In this document: positions 1 through 10,516 of the stretch, piece by piece
Position numbering within the stretch: position 1 is the stretch's first letter
How the letters are laid out: each line of letters starts with the position of its first letter
NCBI RefSeq assembly: GCF_006345805.1
Contig: NC_043002.1
Span: forward strand, 39,308,001-39,372,000
DNA from: Octopus sinensis
Taxonomy: Eukaryota
Length of the DNA: 64,000 bases
Direction of reading: 5' to 3'
The notes under the pieces: model-generated
Databases searched by the model: none
Told to the model about the DNA's origin: nothing
Seen by the model: only the letters and a program-made list of their open reading frames with translations
Program-made: the position numbers and the translations under genes

Positions 1-1439
1 GGTAGCCAGATAAAATATTAAAAAATATTAGACTAAAGAAGCCTTAAAATTCATACGACCCTCAAGTCAATATGGATTTCAAGGTTTCTGGCTTAAAAAC
101 CCTCACAGGCAAGCCTTCACACTTGGAAAATATCTTGCTCAATACCTAGCAAAGAAGTTCCCCCAGAGAATACAAAACAAAAAATATCTTTAAGCAAGAC
201 AATAAAACAAAAAGGACTGAAATCATTAGAGCTGTGGTAACTAGAGCTACTACATGTTTAACACAAAAAACTACCAACAGAATTAGTAGCTGATTAAAAA
301 TATCTCTTTACATTAAAACCTTACTTCATGAAGAAGAGAAATAATGTTGAAGATCATGAAGGTGAGGTAACTTAATGCACAGTATATAAACAAAATGGTG
401 TGTCCAAAGCTGAATACAGGAAGACACTAGCAATGTGGTAGCATATGGCAAGATCTTTCGCTCCAGGAATCTTAAAATGCTTATTTGATTAACATCAAGA
501 ATGGAATACAATTTCTAACATTGCATCATGGGTAAACATGTTTAAAAATGAATACAGTTCCAACAGCACATTCAAGACCTATATCATCACCACTGAAACT
601 TAACTGCGGTAAACATTAACTGTGGTTACATTTCATAAAGAAAATATCCCAGAAGAAACATTTCTTTACTGATGCATGATGTTTTACAGGACACCCACCA
701 ACACAATCTGAATACATCAAAAAATTGTTAACAGTGAAATAGTTATACCTAAATGATTTGCTCCAGCATGGACAAAACTTTCTGCTGAGAATTAAAAACA
801 ACGAAAAATAAAAACACTTAGCCAACAGTCTGAATATAACAAAGGAGCAGCACTATACAATATTTAAACCAATTCTTCCATGATAATTGCTAATCCAACA
901 AAGTAGCCGTTGATAATTAAATAAGTTGAAAGGAATAGAAGTATGTGCCAAAAACACTTAATTAAAATAAAGCTGTACTGTCTGAAGGAGAAGAAAAAAA
1001 GCAACAGGCACTTAACAAAAGGTTGCTCAACTTTAGACATTACCTATAACTGCAAAAACCACTAAATTAGACAAAAATGCATACAACCTTCTTTGCTGCC
1101 ACTGAGAAGGCCACATAATCCTGGTTAAACATTCACACACTTGAAACTAAGAGCACAGTAATTCTGATGTTTGTAATTCATTCAAAGATGATATTTAATA
1201 GAGACAATATAACTTGGATTTTTCTGTTTCGGCATTCTATATTATTATTTTTATGATAATCAAGTACTATTTACAAACTGGGAGAAGAGGGAGTCTTCAA
1301 AAGCAAGAAATACAAATTATAAACCCATAATTTCTTTGACAGCCTGAAGATCTACACCAGATAAATGCTAAGAAATGGACTGATTTGACATTTTCAGTTA
1401 ATATAGGAAAGAGATTAGGTCAAAAATGTTAATTACTAA

Positions 1440-3150
1440 CAGAAAAACATGGAAAACAGGCTTTCAAAGCAGTAAATATATAAGTCCACATCCATTTCAT
1501 TAAGGCAACGAAATACCCTAAATTCCTTGGTATTGATGAAAATACATAAATTTACTGTGAACACAAAGTTTGCCAGGATGTTATGCCAAACTTCAGAAAA
1601 CACAAAAGTCAAAGCTCCTTTTACAATAAAACAATTTTTCATAATCCATTGACAGTAGAGCTACAGGCACCAATATTTGGCATACTAATCCATGTTGTTT
1701 CCTATTTTAACATAGGACAGAAGAAAAAATAAAATCTTAGGATAAAAAATGAGAACACAATGTATTTAGTTTCTGTATATGCACTGACAAAAGAAAATCA
1801 GGAACTTGTACACTTACTTTCTTTACACACCAGAAATATCAGAAATTCTTATACTTTTTGACTGTTCAGAAACCCATTATTTGGAGTTGCTTACAGACTC
1901 CTTTTGCTCTTCAGAAATATGTTCAGATTCCTGACCAATACAGAGTCACTAACTTTTACTGTACATTTGAACAGTATACTAAGTATGTTAGATGATGTAT
2001 AAGATTAGATGTACCACTGCAATGTAGTATATTCCAAAACCAACACCACAGATAAGGCTATCTGTTGGATTGGAGCTCGATGCAGGGTAGTAAACTTTAA
2101 CAGAACCCATATCAGCCTACTAAATCTAAAACTATTTAGTTGACATATATGTGGATGAGAGAATATCCAAAAGCTGAGACCATGTTCAAATTGGAAGTGA
2201 ACAAGGTTAGTGTGGTCAATTGATGCAACTTTCTCAAGGATGTATGTTAGCAGCATCTGGAAGAACATCCTTGGCAACTAATAGATACAATGATGAAAGC
2301 TTGCTCATTACAACTGAGATTGACAAACTGAAGAATATGTATCAGGAGTATCAAAGTGGAGTCTGGCATGAGTAACCCTGGGTACTTGACAGCTGACCAG
2401 AGGATAAGGCAAATACTGCCTTATCAATGTCACATATCACTGACATGAAAGCTTGACCCATTCTTAGACAGTAGTTTCGATTCCACAGTCAAGTGATATC
2501 TGATGAATGGGTTTTGTAATTTAGATTGGAGGCCCAGAGGAATGGAATGTATATGCATGATGCATGAAGTTGTGAACAATTTACATAACTGCATTAATCC
2601 AAAAGGTTCAAATGCCATATGCAAACAAGTGAAAGACAACTGCTAACCAAGCACAGACAGAGCAGAATGGACAATATTTTATTCACTTTGTACCTGCATG
2701 AACACTGATGGAGAGCTAAATTTAGCAACAACAGATTTTCGTAAATCTTGTTTCTTGTATAAAGAATTATACATCTTCATTGGAAGAAATTCTATATACA
2801 ATTTCCAATGTACCCAACTGTGTCTGTTTTTGCAGTTTAAGTAAAATTTTCTGAAAAACATTCTTGTACTAGCATATATACAGAAACAAAGTACATTTTG
2901 TTTACTTTTTAGCATTTTCAGGTTAGAATCTAAAATTTTACTTTCATTTCAATCCAATACTAAAATAGAAACAATCCTAAAGTGACCTACAGGAGATATT
3001 TTTCTACTGAGATGAAAACTACCCTGTAAGATTTTTTTAACATTAATGCAAAACTGCTTTGAATGAGATAAAGATATCACCAGACCTACACATCTTAACA
3101 ATGTCTTAAGAGACCATTTCAGAAAGTTCTCAGCCGTCACTCACACACCA
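1440..3150 (-). pseudogene. Possible decayed multi-exon coding sequence, product unidentified
   Basis: Three track ORFs (2949-3140, 2679-2915, 2430-2639) share one frame. Acceptor at 3151-3152, gtaagt donor 1812-1817, acceptor 1702-1703; that splice lands in the frame of ORF 1436-1642. Confidence 0.4.
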
Positions 3151-4284
3151 CTTAAACAACAAAACAAAATTTTAAAAAACACATTTAACAAAGGTTCAAA
3201 AGTGAAGAAAGAGATCAACATTTTATTAGTCAGTAAAGTACTCCTCAAATATGTTTGTGCCCTTTTTGTGTATTCAAATGTCATTTGCAGAAATTATGAA
3301 CTGGGTGTATGGTTTTATTCCTGTTATGGAGGTCTGCATCATGGTTTGGGTTCCTTCCTGCCTTGTTAGAGTGTAATTTGAAGGATGATGTAATGACTTT
3401 GTAGATTTAATTTTATCATTAGAATAAGAAAGTCACAATGATGATGATCTTGTTTTTCGATCCATCAAAATGGGATTTTGATGATTAGTGTTATATTCCA
3501 AGTGTTTTTTTTTGTCTTTTTTTTTGCTTTTCTTTTTATGCTGTGATTACATGAAGTATATTAGCTACCTTGATTATAACTGTAGATGCCAGAGATGCAT
3601 TTGAGCACAAACCACTAGGTTAAAAAAAAGAGTTTCTTTTGTGTGATTGTTGAACAGATGAACTCTACCCTTTTTAGAACTGATTTGTATGAATATCTGG
3701 TTATTAGGTGTAACAACGGGTTTCAAAATTTGGTACGCACTACAATTATTATGCTTCATTTGTGGTACTGTAGTTACAGATGGCAGAATCAGTGGAGAGA
3801 TGGACTAAATGTTGCACAGCATTTAGATTAAGCAATTGCATTCATGTCCTGAGTTGAAATCCAACAAGAATCAGTAAACCAATATGTAGAGTTAGGTCAA
3901 TTGACTACAACCACCCCTACAAATTTTTGGTTGTATATGTATATGTGAGAAATTATTACGTATTATTTCTATTATACTACCATTTTATATGAATCATCAT
4001 CATTATTATTGTTGCCTTAAGATGTATAAATTATTGCTGCTAAAATATTTCCAATGTAAATATAATGAAAATGAATAATTGATTTAATTTAACAAAAAAT
4101 TATATGAAGCCTATTTTTACAACACTGAAACTATGGTTTTCTAGAGAAAATTAGATGACTTTGGAATGTTAGACAATCAGAAATCAATATAAACCCAAAC
4201 ATATTTGAACATATTCTTGAAAGCTAATTAACTTCTATCACTATAACCTTCAATTCAAAACAGAACTATTTTTTCTTGTATATA

Positions 4285-4944
4285 CGAGGTGAAGTCAAAA
4301 ATTATCCAAACTTTTGCCATAACACATCTTTATTATTGTCACACTACCTTCTGTGCATGCGTGCTTATAGTTGGTAGTATTGTGGTCACATAATCGAAGT
4401 TTGAGACTGATCACACCAATTTTTCTTTGTGGCTTTAACAGTGTAAACATGGCCACTCCATTAGCAATGTGCACCAAAGAAGAACAAAGAGCAGTGATCC
4501 GAGAGATGGTAACAATGAACTGAGCTTGCTGAATCTCTCATCTTGTCGAATCTCTTGAGCTTGCTGAATCTTCTCATCAGTGATGGAGGTTGACAGGCAT
4601 CCAGCTCCCTCTTCATGCATCACCTTTGGCCACTTTTAAACTTCTCAGTCCACTCATACACACTTCTACACAGTAGAGCACTGTCCCTGTATTGTACAAG
4701 AAGCCTCCGATGAATTTCAGCAACTGACACACCTTCCAACCAGAGAAATCAAATCACTGCTCTTTGTTCTTCTTTGGTGTACATTGCTAGTGGAGCAGCC
4801 ATGTAAAACCAGAAATGGCATGATCAAGCTCAAACTTCCATCACATGACCACAATAGTACCAACTATAAGCATGCATGCGCAGATGGCAGTGTGAGAATA
4901 ATAAAGATATGGCGAAAATGCAGATAATTTTTGACTTCTCCTCG
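4285..4944. mobile_element. Mariner-derived fold-back non-autonomous element
   Basis: TA|cgaggtgaagtcaaaaattatc ... gataatttttgacttctcctcg|TA; about 220-bp inverted arms that include the transposase start (MATPLAMCTKEEQRAVI); minus fragment STSITDEKIQQ. Confidence 0.88.
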
Positions 4945-5679
4945 TATATCAAATAAACACACCAAAACAGTGAACAAGCTGCTTCTTCCATATCAAGACA
5001 TATATAGACCAACTTAGCAAAAGAAAATACCACTATGAATGACTACGTTCTTGTAAGAAATGGTACAGGCCTTTAATGAAGGCGTTACACTTGAAATAAA
5101 TATGTGAAACAGCAAAAATTCAACTGAAATTTTGTATAGCCATTAAAAAATAGACAAAAGAAACATTTGGCACTACAAGGTTTGAAAGAAAAAATACAAT
5201 CAGCAGCTCTTTAGCTAACAGTGTAAAACTATATCAAGCACTAAAACCAAAAACACTTTTATCTGATTTACTAATGAGAAGTTAATCTATGTAAGGCTAC
5301 TTGCATGGGGAGTTAACATAAAGAAACATAATACTAATTGATAGTGTCTGATTTTCTAGATGAATTGCATCTTTGTCATAGTGGTTACATTGTACCATTT
5401 AAAATATGCACTAGACAAGCACACAGCCTAACAAGTTACGTTGACCATATCCTTTTATGTAACTTGTTTCAGTCACTGAATCGTTGCTAGGCTGAGGTAC
5501 AGCTCTGAATGGTTTAGTCAAACAAATCGAGCCCCATATGTATTTTTTAAGTCTGGTACTTATTTTATCACTCTCTTTTGCCTAACTGCTAAGTTAAGGG
5601 GACATCAAGTAAACAAACCAACACTGGTTCTCAAGTGGTGAGAGGAGGGTACAAAAACACACATATATATATATTTTTT

Positions 5680-5825
5680 TCTTTCCTTGTTTCTGTGTTC
5701 CTTTCTGTGGAAGAGCATAGGCTCAAAACGTTAAAGACTTTTTCACTTCCTGAGCGTTATACTAATACATCTGTTTGTTGTCTACACCACCTGTCTTCAT
5801 CTTTTGTTTTTTTGTGAATTCTCCC
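5680..5825 (+). mobile_element. Penelope-like 3' end fragment with a degenerate hammerhead motif (5701-5736)
   Basis: CTTT-CTGTGGA-A-GAGC-ATAG-GCTC-AAAAC-GTT-AAAG; ends tctccc-(TA)n. Confidence 0.55.
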
Positions 5826-5851
5826 TATATATATATATACATACACACATA

Positions 5852-7131
5852 CAGGGTGGGGAAGCAAAATTTACTATGAACGTTAAGTTGTTTTTTTTTC
5901 TCACCAGGCACTAAGTCAATTGTTTTGAAACCTAACATATATGGGTGTCATAATCATACCTAACACTATTATCATTACCTTTTCAGAAACTTTTGCTCAT
6001 ATGAGTAATCAGGAAAGCAAAAGTCAAAGAGTGTGTGATTTTCTGAATGCACTCGTCATACCAAATGAGATTTCAAGAATAGTTGGAGTGTCCATAAAGA
6101 CTGTTTATAATGTAAAGAATAGAATGACTATGAGCAAAACTATTACAAGGAAGTCTGGAAGTGGAGGAATCAACAAAAAATGTATCAAAGCTTTTATTAA
6201 AGCTCTCAAATCCAAAATCCTAAAGGATTCAACCAAATCTATGAGAAAAATGGCAATTGAACTTGAGGTAGACAACAAGACAATTAGAAATGCAATAAAA
6301 TATGATTTGAGGTTATAATCTTACACAAGAACACCAAAACACTTGTTGACAACAGCTATGAAGGAAAAGAGATTGGAAAGGTGCAAGAAAATTATTACAT
6401 GGTTCAAGAAAAAGTCCTCCATTGTAACGATCTTTTCAGATGAAAAGATCTTCACTGTCGATGCTGTTCTGAACTGCAGAAATGACAGGTTTATCGCAAA
6501 ATCGACAGCTGAAGTTAAGGGGACATTCAAAACAAAACATCCTGCTAAGTTATGGCTTTTGGTGTTGTGGCTTCCGATGGAAAGAAAATGCTTATAAAAT
6601 TCTACAAAGCCGATGAAAAAATCAATGTTAATATTTACTACAAGACTCTGAGATACCAGGTATTGCCATGGCTTAAAGCAAACTACCCAGATGGCAATTA
6701 TGTATGGACACAGGATGGTGCTCCAGCCCACATAGCTTGAAAAATACAAGATTTCTGCAAATTCAACTTTAGCAATTTTTTGGAATCATGTTTATGGCTG
6801 CCTTCTAGCCCTCTGGATTTCGCTATTTGGGGCGTTTTAGAACATGCTACCAATAGAACATCACACAGCAATGTCGACTCTCTTAAAGATACTATTAAAG
6901 AAGAATAGGAGAAGTTGTCTCCCAAATATTTGAGGAACACTCGTGCAAGTTTCAGGAAGCGTGTGAAGGCAGTTATTGAGAAAGAAGGGGGACACATAGA
7001 ATAAAAACATTTTCTATTATGTAAATTTTCTTGTGGCAAATAAATTCTCATGACTTTCAATAAACAAATTGGTCATACACTGTCTTTCAATCCCTGCCTC
7101 AAAATATTGTAAATTTTGCTTCCCCACCCTG
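5852..7131 (+). mobile_element. Full-length Tc1/mariner element, probably maT (DD37D) type, with disrupted transposase (about 6001-7003)
   Basis: 23-bp TIRs cagggtggggaagcaaaatttac / gtaaattttgcttccccaccctg, TA TSDs; motifs FSDEK, WTQDGAPAH, PLDFAIWG; stops, frameshifts and a short deletion in SPDLNPLD. Confidence 0.93.
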
Positions 7132-8749
7132 TACATACATGACAGGCTTCCATTCAGTTTTCAACTATCAAGTTCACTCACAAAGCATTGGTCAGCTTGG
7201 AGCTATAGCAAAAGACACTTGCCCAAAATGTCATGCAGTAGGACTGAACCCAAAACCATATGATTGCAAAGCAAGCTTCTTAACCACACAGTTATGCCAT
7301 GTGCTTAGAAAGTTATAGAAGAAACAAGTACAAAATCTGACTCTCAAATTCCAAATTTAGGCTTTCAGAAATAGGGAGAAGTAGATTAGCAGAAATAATT
7401 GAGGATGATGAGAAATGTAAGATTCATTTTCTGTTGTCAGAAAGGCTTAACAGATACAAAATAATAAACTTTTACAATACAATTTATAACAGTAACTTCA
7501 TTTAAGCATTCAGGACAGGCCTCCTGTCTTAAGGACCTGAAAAGGATCATTGATGCTGTTTCTTCCTTATCTTCACTAAGCAATAACAAAAAAAAAAAAA
7601 AATAGAACAATGAGAGAGACACAGAGTGTGGGTGTGTGTGTATGTGCGCGCGCACGCATGCTTATTTGAGTGATGGTAACTTGTATTACTTTCAAATTTT
7701 GAAAATTAATTGTCTTCTATGTGTTGTCATCTGAATTAAATATCTCCACTATACTACATGTCACTGAGTATTTTACACTAAATTGTAGTTCTCCCAGTTT
7801 TTTAAATAGATAACAATTTATATTGTGTGTGTGTGTGTGTGTGCATATTAGATCTAACTCCAATGAGTTACAAAAAAAAATTCTACTTTAATGTAACTAA
7901 CAACTAAGAAATACCATATATTTAGTAATTTTTTTTTTATCAAATAAGAAGTAAAATTAAAGACGGGACATCAAGAAAGAGTACTTGTTATGAGAACAAT
8001 TTTGACTGAGTCATCAAATTCTATGTGTACGAGCTTCATTAAGCTGACTGACAGGAGAAAGCCTTAAAAAAAAAAAAAAATGAAAAGATGGTTGTATTAG
8101 AAAAAGAAGTAACTGGTACAGAATTCAGCAAGCTCTGTAAGACCTGCAATCAGGAAATAACTTGCAGCCTGTTCCGGGTGATGAAGTACCAACAGGATAA
8201 AGTCAGTGTTGATAAAAGCTGGAGTACAAAGAATAGAGATACAAACTGAAAGATTGGTCATTCTGCTTCTGAATGCTCTAGGACTGATGATCATTTGTCC
8301 CCCCCAGTGACTTCAATGTAACTAACAACTACTTTGTTTTCACATATTTTATAAGTAGTTAAAAACTACTGGAAGCAAATAAATCATAATATTAATTAAA
8401 ATGGATATATCTGTAAGAATTATCTATTTCAATTAAATTATTGTCTAATTTTCCCCCTTTTGAATAAAAAAAAAATGTGAAAAAAAAGTATAACTTTCAG
8501 TTTCATTATCTGAGTTAATCTTTTCCTATAGAGTTGGGTTGATGCGCACACACACATCATATATTTATATATATATATGAATTTGAGTTAGAGACGTTTA
8601 GGGATTTTTACAGCAGTTTGGAAAACTAACTTTGTACATGAAAGAGCAACTCTTTAGTCTTTATCACAGCGTATTTGAGAGAATTTGATTTCTGAACTAT
8701 TTACACCAGTAAAAAAATAATAATGTTTCAAAATGGACAATGGACAGGA

Positions 8750-8965
8750 TTATAAACTTGCCATCATGGCTTCCACTATTTCATTTTTCTCTCCTTTTGA
8801 CTTCCAATTCCTTCTAGGAATATCATATGCCCTGCTGCCGCCAGAGCTGATTTCCTTATCACAGTCATTAAAAAGAGAGAACTCATCAATTGAAAGAATT
8901 GTCCTATCTTCAGCATCGTTGACATCTTGTGGTAAAAAGTCGTCATCATCATCATCAATATGATT
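8750..8965 (-). CDS. RRN3: RRN3 last coding exon (NHIDDDDDDFLPQ...EAMMASL*)
   Basis: tttcag acceptor; acidic DDDF motif as in homologues; TAA at 8750-8752. Confidence 0.9.
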   Translation of the reverse strand, partial: NHIDDDDDDFLPQDVNDAEDRTILSIDEFSLFNDCDKEISSGGSRAYDIPRRNWKSKGEKNEIVEAMMASL

Positions 8966-10463
8966 CTGAAATTAAAAAAGAAATTCAAATCTTTTTTTTA
9001 AAAAAATCAAATATTTCCTTCAAATTTCTTTTTTTGAAAAGTATCTTCATTTCACATGTTCACAGTAACTGCCAGGTTTTTACAATTACAGTTGAAAATT
9101 TTTTGAAGTGTCTCAAAACTAGGGAGCTTTTTAGGCTGAAGAACTGGGTTCTATGGCTTATAAGTAAATAAGAGTATGTGACTAGTGACTACCTCCCCTG
9201 GCTGGAATTCTCAACCCAATCTCTCATTTACACTTTTATATCATCATCATCATCATTTAACGTCCATTTTCCATGCTGGCATGGGTTGGATGGTTTGACT
9301 GAGGTCTGGAGAGCCAGAGGCTGCACCAGGCTCCAATCTGGTCCGGCAATGTTTCTACAGCTGGATGCCCTTCCTAACACCACCGCAGTGAAGATAGTTC
9401 ACAACACCTTTGAGCAAACAGCCTTGGAGCAAACAAAATGGTATAAGAGACTTTGTTCCAACCAGCATTAACAGGCTTAGGGGTGCATGGCAGAGTAGAA
9501 AAGTCGTTACAAATATACTGTCTGCACTGACCCATAATCCTCATATTTGCAACGTCTGTGGGCTTCTTTGCAAATTGTTGGCAAGATTCAAATGTCACAT
9601 TCAGGAAAGAGAGTGGAGGTTGTCGGATCTTCATATGCCAAAACCAATGGGAAAGTCCATTATATATATATAAAATCATCGTTTGACAACCACTTTCCAT
9701 GCTGACATGGGTTGAACGGTTTGGATGAAGATTGGTGAGCAGGGGGGGGGGGGGGCTGCTGCACCAGGTTCCAGTCTGATTTGGCAAGGTTTCTACGGCT
9801 GGATACCCTGCCTAACACCAACCACTCTGAGAGTGTAGAGGGAGATTTTTATGTGCCAATGGCATGGGTGGTATTGACTTGACACCAGCATCAGCCACGA
9901 CTATAGTCTCACTTGGCTTGACAGGTCAACACAAGCACGATATATCGCCAAGGGTCTTGGTCACCTGTCACTGCCTCCATGAGGTCCAATGCTTGAATGG
10001 TGCTTTTTAAGTGCCACCGACTTAGGTGCCTGTCAGATAGCACTGGCTTCGGCCATGACTACTATTTCACTCGGTTCAACAGGTCTTAACAAGTACAGTA
10101 TATCACCCAATGATTGAAGGGTGATATATATATATTGTGAAGGCACGTGGCTAAGTGGTTAGAGGCATTTGGCTCATGATCGTAAGGCCGTGAGTTCAAT
10201 TCCTGGCGGTATGTTGTGTCCTTGAGCAAGATACACTTTATTTCACGTTGCTCCAGTTCACTCAGCTGGCAAAAATGAGTAGTACCTGTATTTCAAAGGG
10301 CCAGACCTGTCACACTCCGTGTCATGCTGAATCTACCCGAGAACTACGTTAAGGGTACACGTGTTTGTGGAGTGCTCAGCCACTTGCACATTAATTTCAC
10401 AAGCAAGCTGTTCCGTTGATCATATCAGCTAGGACCCTCGTTGTCGCAACCGACGGAGTGCTC

Positions 10464-10516
<53 letters not shown>

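Larger units (their letters stand above)
5461..7298 (-). mobile_element. tRNA-derived SINE (family A) split by a Penelope-type tail and the maT element
   Basis: SINE tail 5461-5665 and head 7141-7298 match other family A copies; both insertions sit in its central microsatellite. Confidence 0.75.

Noticed and set aside
2949-2951. In-frame TGA as possible selenocysteine
   Set aside because: Other in-frame stops are TAA/TAG and no SECIS was recognised.
8097-8294. 65-aa minus ORF downstream of the RRN3 stop
   Set aside because: Appears to be the antisense of an ancient CR1-like relic (LVRP..EY..Q).
7900-8749. RRN3 polyadenylation signal
   Set aside because: No clear minus-strand AATAAA found close to the stop; 3' end not called.
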